A program made the position numbers and the translations under genes. The notes beneath the pieces are model-generated. The model searched no databases and had not been told where the DNA came from. It was given only the letters and a program-made list of their open reading frames with translations. From Clostridia bacterium (GTDB taxonomy: Bacteria; Bacillota; Clostridia; Oscillospirales; CAG-272), in assembly GCA_017503285.1 (NCBI GenBank), contig JAFVTH010000018.1, positions 42,930 to 106,929 on the forward strand: 64,000 bases of DNA, in the 5' to 3' direction. Numbering within the stretch: position 1 is the first letter of the stretch; each line of letters begins with the position of its first letter. Below, one piece after another: positions 19,849-28,708 of the stretch.

Positions 19849-20559
19849 TTACTTTCCTGTCTCTTCCTTCTTCTCTCCCTTTGGTCTTGGTGCAAAGCCG
19901 AAGATTGAGTAGAAGAATGAGAACACACAGCTAATGCCGAGATAAATCGGATAGTAGTTAAAGCTATATGTGTAGTAGCGTGAGTTTTGTCCATATCTTT
20001 GAATTGTGTCAACCCATTGACCATAGTCAATACCCATATGAATAAGTGGAATTAATATGAGAATAAGCGCTGAAATGCTTACAAATACTATTGGAAGAAC
20101 GTTGTATTTTCCGTTTACCTCCTTAGTCATCTCATAGGACTTTTCCGGGAACACGTGGAATTTGTAGCCACCGAGTGTCCAAATATATGTAAACACCGAT
20201 GTAATTGTGTAAAGAACTGTAAGCGTTGGGATTGCCATTGCCTCCAAGAAATAGAGGAAGAAGATTGCCGGCCAGGAAATGATGTAAATTACTGTTTGCG
20301 GTGCGTGTCTTACATCCTTACCCTCAGCATTTACAAGACCATGAAGCGCTCTTATAGGAGCTGTTATTACTCTATGGAAAAATGCAACGCACATGTAAAT
20401 GCCGGCAAAAACCAAGGTACAAGCAATAAATGGAACCATAATTATTGCAGTAATAACAGCCAAAAACAGGTTCATTACCTTGTACTTTTTGAAGCTAAAT
20501 GCTTCACGCATGAGATTTTTCATGCATTCGATGTAATCGATTTTAAGTAGATTATTCAT
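19849..20559 (-). CDS. Hypothetical membrane protein
   Basis: GAAAGGAG RBS before MNNLLK; several hydrophobic segments. Confidence 0.78.
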   Translation of the reverse strand: MNNLLKIDYIECMKNLMREAFSFKKYKVMNLFLAVITAIIMVPFIACTLVFAGIYMCVAFFHRVITAPIRALHGLVNAEGKDVRHAPQTVIYIISWPAIFFLYFLEAMAIPTLTVLYTITSVFTYIWTLGGYKFHVFPEKSYEMTKEVNGKYNVLPIVFVSISALILILIPLIHMGIDYGQWVDTIQRYGQNSRYYTYSFNYYPIYLGISCVFSFFYSIFGFAPRPKGEKKEETGK

Positions 20560-20604
20560 TTTTCTCTCCTTTCGTGTCGACTTTTGTAGCCGAACTAGGT
20601 AAAT

Positions 20605-20648
20605 AATATCACAATTTGAGATATTTGTCAATATCACAATTTGAGATA
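20605..20648. promoter_or_regulatory. Two identical operator-like sites AATATCACAATTTGAGATA
   Basis: Exact 19 bp direct repeat (20605-20623, 20630-20648) with near-palindromic core, between divergent genes, one of which is an XRE regulator. Confidence 0.75.
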
Positions 20649-20679
20649 GTTTATAATTATCTTGAAGGGAGTGGTTGTA

Positions 20680-20886
20680 ATGCGCATTAAAGACCTGCGC
20701 GAGGATGCAGATTTAACACAAAAGCAAATTGCTGATTTTTTGCATATTAAGCAAAACACCTATTCCCAATACGAAAACGGGCACCGGCAAATCCCTATTG
20801 AGGTGCTTATAAAGCTTGCTCGCTTTTATAACACAAGCATAGACTATTTAGTGGGAGAAACACACAACAAAAAAAGATACTACTAA
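20680..20886 (+). CDS. XRE/Cro-CI helix-turn-helix regulator
   Basis: IKDLRED..LTQKQIA...YSQYENG...SIDYLVG; GGGAG RBS. Confidence 0.92.
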   Translation: MRIKDLREDADLTQKQIADFLHIKQNTYSQYENGHRQIPIEVLIKLARFYNTSIDYLVGETHNKKRYY

Positions 20887-21013
20887 GCACAGATATCTGT
20901 GCTTTTTCTTTTACTAATCGCAAAATCTCTTCTCTGCGATTATGGCATTTTCCCTACCCTGTGTCAATAATTCGGCACATTTTGAGCCTGTAAAAAGTTT
21001 TTTAATTTTAGTA

Positions 21014-21042
21014 TTGACAACAAAGACAAAATATGCTAAAAT
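21014..21042 (+). promoter_or_regulatory. SigA promoter of tRNA-Gln
   Basis: TTGACA-17bp-TAAAAT with extended TG. Confidence 0.8.
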
Positions 21043-21055
21043 ACTAAAGCAATAT

Positions 21056-21131
21056 TGGGATGTAGCCAAGCGGTAAGGCACCAGACTTTGACTCTGGCAT
21101 TTCGATGGTTCGAACCCATCCATCCCAGCCA
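21056..21131 (+). tRNA. tRNA-Gln(TTG)
   Basis: TGGGATG/CATCCCA acceptor stem, CCAGA-CTTTGAC-TCTGG anticodon arm, GGTTCGAACCC T arm, encoded CCA. Confidence 0.97.
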
Positions 21132-21495
21132 AGGAACGAGCACCTCTTTTGAGGTGCTTTTTTCGTTCCTTGGCTGGGATGGATGTTTCCTCGCACCAGC
21201 CTCCTTGCTTGCAAGGATATGGTTCGTAAGCAAGCCGAAAGGTGTCTGGGAGCTTGCTCACAAGCACCTCGGCGCAGATCATTTTCCTTTGAGAAAATGT
21301 AGCCATCCTTTGCAGCCAAGAAAGACCTAATCCGAACCATCGGGTTAGGTCTTTCTCTTTTTGGCTGGGATGGTAAAGGTTCGACCACTTTGTGTTGCAC
21401 TGCAACACAAATATGGTTCGTTCTTTTGCCCTAAGGCGTTGTCTGCTTGCAAGGATAAGCCGTGGGCAAAAGCCTCGCGTAGCGAGAAGCCATCC
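21117..21495. repeat. tRNA-associated inverted repeats and hairpin cluster
   Basis: 23 bp perfect inverted repeat including the tRNA 3' end; second TGGCTGGGATGG at 21362; repeated TGCTTGCAAGGATA and ATATGGTTCGT. Confidence 0.75.
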
Positions 21496-21662
21496 ACTTG
21501 TTACTTTTTCAAAGTTTTCATCTTCAAGCTATCCTTCTCTATTTTCAGCGAGCCGATTATTTGAATTGAATAAGAAAAACTTTTCCAATTTATATTGACA
21601 TTACTGTTTTGGTAATGGTAGAATAACCTTAGCTATATTAATGTAATTTTGGAGGGTTTATT

Positions 21663-22826
21663 ATGGCTAAAAAAGATAGTATGAGCATTATGAATGAATA
21701 CAAAAATGCTCCACAAAAGGAAAAGATTGAATCTAAGAGAATTTTGAAGGTTGCAATCATCGGCACAGGCTGGATTGCTGATGCCCATGCAAACAAATAC
21801 AAGGATATGAGCGATGTTGAAATTGTTGCTCTTGCTGACCTTGTGCCCGGCAAGGCTGAAAGGTTTGCCAAGAAATGGGATATTCCAAACGCAAGATGCT
21901 ACCTTTCTCACAAGGAGCTTTTAGATGCTGAGACAGACCTTGATGCAGTTTCTATTTGTACATATAACAGAACTCACGCAGAATGCACAATTTATGCTCT
22001 TAAGAAGGGTGTAAACGTTCTTTGTGAAAAGCCAATGTCCGTTACACTTGAGGAAGCTGTTGAGATGCGCCGTGCTGAAAAGGAAAGCGGAAAAATCCTT
22101 TCTATCGGATTCCAGCCAAGAATGGACCCTAACATGAAGAAAATCAAGGAAATTGTAGAATCCGGTGTTCTTGGAGATATTTACTACATCCAAACAGGCG
22201 GTGGCCGTAGAAGAGGCATACCAACACCGTTTGGCACAACATTTATTGAGGACAAAACAGCCGGAATCGGCGCAATGGGCGACATAGGCTGCTACTCTCT
22301 TGATATGGTGCTTAACGCAATCGGTTATCCAAAGCCACTTACAGTCAGCGGATATAAGTCCGATTTCTTTGGAAAGGACCCAAAAACATATCCTTGGCAC
22401 CCTGAATATGCAGAATTATTTGGAGTTGAGGACTTTGCTGCCGGCTTTATACGTCTTGAGGGTGGAATCATCCTTGACTTCCGTATTGCTTGGGCTATGA
22501 ACCTTGATACCCCAGGTGATACAATTATTATGGGTAAGAAGGGCTCTCTCCGTATCCCTTCAACCGAATGCTGGAACGGCTCCGTTGGTGGACCAATGAA
22601 GGTATACAGTGAAATGGCAGGCTCTCAGGTTTGCACAGAAATTCCTATTATACAGTCCCCTGATATTTTCCACGAAAAGCTACGCTCCTTCCTTGATGCT
22701 ATAATCACAGGTGGAAAGGCTCCTGTTCCAAGTGAACAAATTATTATAAACCAAGCTATTATTGATGGTATTATTAAATCCGCCGAGCTTGGTAAAGAGA
22801 TTGAAATCAATATCCCTGAGGTTTAA
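21663..22826 (+). CDS. Gfo/Idh/MocA family oxidoreductase
   Basis: IIGTGWIA, VLCEKP, GAMGDIGCY. Confidence 0.9.
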   Translation: MAKKDSMSIMNEYKNAPQKEKIESKRILKVAIIGTGWIADAHANKYKDMSDVEIVALADLVPGKAERFAKKWDIPNARCYLSHKELLDAETDLDAVSICTYNRTHAECTIYALKKGVNVLCEKPMSVTLEEAVEMRRAEKESGKILSIGFQPRMDPNMKKIKEIVESGVLGDIYYIQTGGGRRRGIPTPFGTTFIEDKTAGIGAMGDIGCYSLDMVLNAIGYPKPLTVSGYKSDFFGKDPKTYPWHPEYAELFGVEDFAAGFIRLEGGIILDFRIAWAMNLDTPGDTIIMGKKGSLRIPSTECWNGSVGGPMKVYSEMAGSQVCTEIPIIQSPDIFHEKLRSFLDAIITGGKAPVPSEQIIINQAIIDGIIKSAELGKEIEINIPEV

Positions 22827-22866
22827 TGGGCTAAAAAAAGGACACTATATAGTGTCCTTTTTGTTT

Positions 22867-23607
22867 TTATTTTCCAAAAGTAATATCGTTTACAATTTGG
22901 CAAATTTGCAAAATTATATGATTATCAAGCTCCATAAAGGGAAGTGGCTCTGCTCTTTTGCCTGTCAAGGTGGTTAGCCATGTTAACGCTACGGCGTATC
23001 TGCCGTAGGTGTGGCTCATATGAAATCCGTCACAGCATAGGGACTGCCCACCGTTTTTATAATCAAAGGCAGAAATGCACTCGCGCATTTTTTGAATAAC
23101 CTTACCTGACGGAATAATTTCTGCATTTATTTGCTCTCTTGCAATTTCTGATGCGTCGCAAATGGAATTAAACATTTTTTCTTGGTTATTTTCGTAGTTT
23201 GCAAAGCCAAAATGATCAGAGTCAATTTCGTATGCCCAGGTGCTATGAAAATATAGCCTTGCATCGGGCTGACATTTTCTGACATAGTCTGCAAGCTGAC
23301 TAAGATAGGGCTCATATGTTTCATACATTCCAGAAAAATGGCTCACCTGCTGAAGAGTCACTACATCAAAGCTATCACTTTCTATAATTTCCTTGATGGT
23401 AACAAGCTCCTTTTCCCAATCCCCACCGTTTATGCTAAGGAGATAATTTTTATTATTATCTGCCATATTATTATAGTGGGCTTCAAGGCTACAGCCACCG
23501 ATAGCCAAATTAACGGTTGATATTTCTATTCCCCTTTGCTCTGCTAATTTGTGCAAATACGCATGTGCATCAGCAGAAAAGCTGTTTCCGATAGATAATA
23601 TTTTCAT
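22867..23607 (-). CDS. SGNH hydrolase-like protein (DUF4886-type)
   Basis: SIGNSFS, IGGCSL, LQQVS, TWAY, DGFH. Confidence 0.78.
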   Translation of the reverse strand: MKILSIGNSFSADAHAYLHKLAEQRGIEISTVNLAIGGCSLEAHYNNMADNNKNYLLSINGGDWEKELVTIKEIIESDSFDVVTLQQVSHFSGMYETYEPYLSQLADYVRKCQPDARLYFHSTWAYEIDSDHFGFANYENNQEKMFNSICDASEIAREQINAEIIPSGKVIQKMRECISAFDYKNGGQSLCCDGFHMSHTYGRYAVALTWLTTLTGKRAEPLPFMELDNHIILQICQIVNDITFGK

Positions 23608-23907
23608 TTTCCGTCCTCCGTTGCTTTTTCTTAAGTTTATCACGTTTTATCTTGTTTTACAAGAAGGTTTTCCACTTAAATCAAGGTGCTTGATTTCATC
23701 TTAATGCAAATTTTTCAAAATACACATTTTATCCGGGTGGCTTTTTTGCCACAGAAGCTTATTATTTTGCACAAAAATTTCATTTTTTACGGGCGCTCTA
23801 TTCAAATATTGCTTATTTTATGTTATAATTAAAAAAACGAGAAAATAGAAAATGATGCATATTTTCTATGTTTTGTGATGATGCGCAGATTAGATTGAGG
23901 TAATTAT

Positions 23908-24225
23908 ATGGAAAAATATGCTTGGAAAGCAAAAATTGTTGATGGGGCGCTTGAAGAATATATACGCCGCCATGATGCTATATGGGACGAAATGAAGGAG
24001 GTTTTGGACCGTGCCGGCATTGTCAACTACACTATTTGGAATGTAGGTAATGAGCTTTTTGGCTACTACGAATGCACAAAGGGCATTGAATATGCCGCTA
24101 AGGTTCAAAGAGAAAGCCCTGTTGTTGACAAGTGGAACGAATATATGAAGGATATTCTTATAATGGAGCTTGACCCGATAACAGGGGCACAGCCGCAGCT
24201 TAAAAGGGTGTTTACATTTAAGTAA
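23908..24225 (+). CDS. rhaM: L-rhamnose mutarotase
   Basis: EEYIRRHDAIW, AGIVNYTIW, LFGYYE, W..YM. Confidence 0.85.
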   Translation: MEKYAWKAKIVDGALEEYIRRHDAIWDEMKEVLDRAGIVNYTIWNVGNELFGYYECTKGIEYAAKVQRESPVVDKWNEYMKDILIMELDPITGAQPQLKRVFTFK

Positions 24226-24236
24226 AGAGGAAATTT

Positions 24237-24779
24237 ATGAAGTTAAATTGGAAAAGCAGTATTGCATATTTTTTGATTATACAAGCTACTGTTTTGGTAA
24301 TAGGCTTGTTCTTTAACGGACCATTTTTTGTGCTGATAAGGTTTTCAAATCTTGACAAGCAAGTCGAGGATATTATCTCGGTGGTTGCCGAGACTGCCTT
24401 GGAGCTGCTAACAAGATTTATTGTATTTTTTATATTCTTCAAAAACAACCGAGGCTTAACCTTTCCACAGTTTTGCCTTGACTACTCCCCGGCTTTTGGA
24501 GCAAGACTGATCTTCTCTCTTTGCACCCATTTTGCCTTTTGGTCAGCAGGCGGAAGCATCAATCTTTGGGGCGCGATTTTAGGAAATCGCTTAATAAGCC
24601 AACATATTTTAACAATGTTAGATGTGCCTATTTGGCTTTATTTAATTGTATTTTTCGTTTTTGAGGGTCTTTTTGTGCTTAGTGCCTTTGGCGCATACAA
24701 AATCGCCTTGCACCAAAGAAAAAAATTACAAAAGGAGCTTTTTGCCGAGGCATCTGATAAAAATAAGAACGAGGAATAA
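24237..24779 (+). CDS. Hypothetical membrane protein
   Basis: 180 aa, about 4 hydrophobic segments, GAGG RBS. Confidence 0.7.
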   Translation: MKLNWKSSIAYFLIIQATVLVIGLFFNGPFFVLIRFSNLDKQVEDIISVVAETALELLTRFIVFFIFFKNNRGLTFPQFCLDYSPAFGARLIFSLCTHFAFWSAGGSINLWGAILGNRLISQHILTMLDVPIWLYLIVFFVFEGLFVLSAFGAYKIALHQRKKLQKELFAEASDKNKNEE

Positions 24780-24780
24780 T

Positions 24781-25500
24781 ATGAACACTATCAAATTTAG
24801 GAAGAAGCAAGCAAGGGTGGTTGCACACAGGGGGCTTTCGGGCATTGAAAAGGAAAACACCACCTCTGCTTTTGTGGCAGCAGGAAACCACTCCTACTTC
24901 GCCATCGAAACTGATATACATAGGACAATAGATGGGCATTTTGTAATAAACCACGACCCCGATTTTATGCGTGTTGCAGGGGTTAACTTGGTGATTGAGG
25001 AGTCTACGCTTGAACAAATACAGAATATCGTGCTGTATGATATGGATGGAACAAAAAATCGAAATGATTTAAGGCCCTGTGTCTTAGAAAACTATCTTGC
25101 TATATGCAAAAGATATGACAAAAATTGCGTTTTAGAATTAAAATCCGACTTTACACAAGAGGAAATTCTGAAGATTATTGATATTGCTCGCTCCTTTGAA
25201 TATCTTGACAGGATTATGTTCATTTCCTTTAATTATGATAACTTATTAAAAATAAGAAGCGTTCTACCAAGCCACCCTGCGGCATACCTGTTTTGGGGAA
25301 TAACCGACGAGATTTTAGACCAGCTTGAAAGGGATAAAATCGACGTGGATGTTTATCACGATGGTCTTACCCAGAAGCAAATTGATAATGCCCACTCCCG
25401 TGGGCTTAGTGTAAACTGCTGGACAGTAAACGAAAGGGCCGAGGGTAGTCGCCTTGCTAAGTGGGGCATTGATTATATCACAACAAACATACTTGAATAA
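24781..25500 (+). CDS. Glycerophosphodiester phosphodiesterase family
   Basis: VAHRG, ENT, IETDI, INHD, ELK, WTVN, ITTN. Confidence 0.88.
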   Translation: MNTIKFRKKQARVVAHRGLSGIEKENTTSAFVAAGNHSYFAIETDIHRTIDGHFVINHDPDFMRVAGVNLVIEESTLEQIQNIVLYDMDGTKNRNDLRPCVLENYLAICKRYDKNCVLELKSDFTQEEILKIIDIARSFEYLDRIMFISFNYDNLLKIRSVLPSHPAAYLFWGITDEILDQLERDKIDVDVYHDGLTQKQIDNAHSRGLSVNCWTVNERAEGSRLAKWGIDYITTNILE

Positions 25501-25535
25501 CAAAAAACAGCGACACGTGTCGCTGTTTTTCTTTT

Positions 25536-26153
25536 TTATACTACTAATAAAATGCTGAGGAGCAGCAAAATCTCTATTAAGAGTGGCAAGAAGGTCAAGA
25601 TGCCAGACCATATCTTCTCCCCTATTTTTTCCTTGCCCTTATACCTTTTTAGCGTGCCAACAAATGCTATTGCGCCAAGGGTTGTTGATGGAATGTAGAA
25701 AACAAGGGCAATTATTGCGCCAATTAATGCAAAAACAGCATAAATGGCGTTGCCAAGTCCGCTTAGGTCCACCTGTGCTTCCGGGTCCGGAACGGTTGTT
25801 AAAACATCAACCAAAAGAGGTATGAAAAACACCAAAAGCGCTATTGTTACAACGGCACAGATAATGGTGCTTATAATTTTATGTGCCTTGTAGCTCCTTG
25901 TCCTCTTTGAATAATCTATTTTCTGAATATTTTTTGCGGGTGCCGGGGCTTTTTCTTCGGTCTTTGGCTCTGCCTTAGCCTGTGACTTTGGTTCTACCTT
26001 GGGCTCTATCTTTTGTTTTGGCTTTGGTTCTGTCTTAGGTTCTACCTTAGCCTCTAGCTTTGGTTCTGCCTTAGGCTCTGTTTTGGGTTCAGCCTGTAGT
26101 CGTTGAGAGGCTTCCGGCTTTACCTCGGTAATTTTAATGTCGTTATTTTCCAT
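25536..26153 (-). CDS. Hypothetical membrane protein with EPK-repeat N-terminus
   Basis: GGAGG RBS before MENND; xEPK repeats then 3 hydrophobic segments. Confidence 0.75.
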   Translation of the reverse strand: MENNDIKITEVKPEASQRLQAEPKTEPKAEPKLEAKVEPKTEPKPKQKIEPKVEPKSQAKAEPKTEEKAPAPAKNIQKIDYSKRTRSYKAHKIISTIICAVVTIALLVFFIPLLVDVLTTVPDPEAQVDLSGLGNAIYAVFALIGAIIALVFYIPSTTLGAIAFVGTLKRYKGKEKIGEKIWSGILTFLPLLIEILLLLSILLVV

Positions 26154-26256
26154 AATAACACCTCCATCCATCTTTATTTTACCACATAGTAGCCTTATGT
26201 GCAATATTTTTGACAAAAAAAGACCTTGGAAATGCCTTTCCAAGGTCAATTTTATG

Positions 26257-27993
26257 TTATTTAACCAAGAATCTCTTGATTTTTCTTGCCGCTGTCTTTT
26301 CAAATGGCTCCTTACGAAGCTCGATGTGGCTAATATGCTTGTAGTTTACAAGCTTTTTGTTTATCTTTAGAACCTCGGTTTGAATTGCCTCGTAGATAAC
26401 CTCATCATCGTGGTAGCCGGCTGCATCACATTCTTCAACATTAGGAACAACGATAGCAACAATATCAACCTCGCCACTTTCCTGCTCTCTACCCACAACA
26501 ACAACCTCGGAAACAAGCGGAATGTTCTCAATATATTCCTCAATTTCCTCAGGGAAAACGTTTTTACCGTTAGATGCGATAATAATGTTCTTCTTTCTGC
26601 CTGTTAGGTATAGATAGCCCTTCTTATCAACGTAACCGTAGTCGCCTGTTCTGAACCAGCCCTCGTCATCAATAACCTCGGCTGTAAGATGTGGTGCGTT
26701 ATAGTAGCCAAGCATAACGTTGTCGCCCTTAACAACCACCTCGCCAAAGCTATCGCCTTCCTTTTCCTTGTCTATGCGAATTTGCATACCGGGCATAAGC
26801 GTACCGCAGGATGCCGGGTTATAGTCTGTAAGCGGAATAACTGAAATAAGCGGTGCGCACTCTGTAATTCCATAGCCCTGTGAAACGTGAATGCCTAAGC
26901 TCTTAAGACCGTCAACAAGCTCCGGATTAAGGGCAGCGCCGCCAACGATAAAGTATCTTATTCTTCCACCAAGACCGTCAAGCACCTGCTGGAAAAGCTT
27001 ACGACGGCGATCCACGGAGAAATGGAAGAAGTTTGCAAGACCTATACCAAACTTAACTGTCTTTTCCTTGCCCTGCTTTTGAATACCCTTCCAAATTGAC
27101 TTATAAAGTGTTTGTGCAAAAAGCGGAACCAAAGTCATAACGCTTGGCGCAAATTGCTTAACATTTTTAGCAACATACTTAATACCGTCGCTGATATTTA
27201 TGGTCATACCATAAAGCATTGGTGCAAGTATGCCTGCGCTCATTTCATAGGTGTGATGGATTGGCAAAACGGAAAGAACCGCATCATCCTTTGTCAGAAC
27301 ATTAAGTGTTGGCTCAATGCCCTTCATAACTGCGCAAATATTCTTTTGTGAAAGCATAACACCCTTTGAGGTGCCTGTTGTACCTGAGGTGAAAAGAAGA
27401 ACGGAAAGCCCCTCCTTATTCTGCTCCGGAAGAACAAAATCTCCACCGATTTCTGCATACTCCCTCTCGCCAAGGGCAAGAAGGTTATTAAAGGTGGTGT
27501 ACTTCTCCTCCTTATACTCCTCGGTTGTCGAGGTTGTAAAGGTTGATTTATCGTTTTTAACAAAAAGCTTTACGCTTGGAAGCTCATTTCCTCTTTCGCT
27601 AAATAGCTTTTCAAAGGTGTGTGAATATACAACGGCCTTTGCCTCTGCAATATTGATAAAGTTTATAATCTCGTCCTCTAATACGCCCGGGTCAAGCGGA
27701 ACGATTGTGCCGCCTGCTGAAACTACCGATACATAGGTTGTAATCCATTGAACAGAGGTCTCGCCCATAACAATAACCTTGTCATCCTTGCTGATAAGCT
27801 TAGAATATGCAAGTATCATTTTTTGCAAAAATGGCATATATTGGTCGTATGTTACTGTAACAAGTGAATCCTCATGATTGTTTTCTCTGTTAAATCTGTA
27901 AAGAGGATGACCCTCGCCTGCAATTTGCGCACCTCTTTCAAATATTTGATAAATGCATTCTATATCTTTTATATCTAAAATTTGATTACTCAT
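26257..27993 (-). CDS. AMP-binding long-chain fatty acid--CoA ligase
   Basis: FTSGTTGTSKG, QGYGITE, FRTGD, GRKK. Confidence 0.9.
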   Translation of the reverse strand: MSNQILDIKDIECIYQIFERGAQIAGEGHPLYRFNRENNHEDSLVTVTYDQYMPFLQKMILAYSKLISKDDKVIVMGETSVQWITTYVSVVSAGGTIVPLDPGVLEDEIINFINIAEAKAVVYSHTFEKLFSERGNELPSVKLFVKNDKSTFTTSTTEEYKEEKYTTFNNLLALGEREYAEIGGDFVLPEQNKEGLSVLLFTSGTTGTSKGVMLSQKNICAVMKGIEPTLNVLTKDDAVLSVLPIHHTYEMSAGILAPMLYGMTINISDGIKYVAKNVKQFAPSVMTLVPLFAQTLYKSIWKGIQKQGKEKTVKFGIGLANFFHFSVDRRRKLFQQVLDGLGGRIRYFIVGGAALNPELVDGLKSLGIHVSQGYGITECAPLISVIPLTDYNPASCGTLMPGMQIRIDKEKEGDSFGEVVVKGDNVMLGYYNAPHLTAEVIDDEGWFRTGDYGYVDKKGYLYLTGRKKNIIIASNGKNVFPEEIEEYIENIPLVSEVVVVGREQESGEVDIVAIVVPNVEECDAAGYHDDEVIYEAIQTEVLKINKKLVNYKHISHIELRKEPFEKTAARKIKRFLVK

Positions 27994-28440
27994 TTATTCT
28001 CCCTTAACAAGGCTGGCAATACCACTATCAATACCTGCCAAAACCTCGTAAAACATCTCAAGCTTCTTCATTGACAAGCGTGCGTCAACATGCTCAAGAC
28101 AATCCTGTACAATTCCTTTTATAATTTCGTTTATCTTCTGTCCCTCTTCAGTTAGCACAAGCTTAGCCTTGTATTTGCCAACTGCGTCGTCACTCCTCTT
28201 TATGTACTGCTTCTCCATAAGCTCGCTTGTCATACGAGAAATAAACGCCTTGTCTACCCCGCATGCCTCGGAAAGCGCAACAGGTGAAAGTCCACCCTCG
28301 CTCTTGCCAAGCTGCATAATACATATAATGTGTGAGCTACGAAGTCCATATGGCTCCATTTTTTCATCTGCGATTCTCTTAATATTTTTTGAAATTCTTT
28401 CGATGTAGAGCACAAACGGTGTAAATCTCTCTGTGTCCAT
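27994..28440 (-). CDS. MarR family transcriptional regulator
   Basis: LSEACGVDKAFISR helix-turn-helix, LTEEG wing; directly upstream of the ligase. Confidence 0.85.
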   Translation of the reverse strand: MDTERFTPFVLYIERISKNIKRIADEKMEPYGLRSSHIICIMQLGKSEGGLSPVALSEACGVDKAFISRMTSELMEKQYIKRSDDAVGKYKAKLVLTEEGQKINEIIKGIVQDCLEHVDARLSMKKLEMFYEVLAGIDSGIASLVKGE

Positions 28441-28511
28441 CAATCCCTCCTCGTTGTCGCCGTGGCAAAAAGGGCCTTAAGCCCTTATAACCATTGAATT
28501 TGCGCGGTTTT

Positions 28512-28529
28512 ATGTTGACTTATCAACAT
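28512..28529. promoter_or_regulatory. Palindromic operator ATGTTGA-CTTA-TCAACAT
   Basis: Perfect 7-4-7 inverted repeat just downstream of the minus-strand promoter of the MarR gene. Confidence 0.65.
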
Positions 28530-28708
28530 TTTAATTATACACCCATTTGTCCGTTTTGTCAAGTGTTTTAGAAAAAACTGCTAATTCAGGTTATTTTTGC
28601 TGTGTTTTTGAAAAGTTTGTGAAAAATAATACAAAATTATTGAGTTGTTTCCTTAGTTATGATATACTATAATTAATAAAATATTTATTAAAAAGGAGAT
28701 TTATTTCT

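Noticed and set aside
20680-21500. Prophage or island integrated at tRNA-Gln
   Set aside because: No integrase or phage genes; the clear tRNA-end copies are inverted and local, with no distant direct att repeat seen
20914-21598. ORFs overlapping tRNA-Gln and its downstream repeats
   Set aside because: Shadow frames over an RNA gene and hairpins
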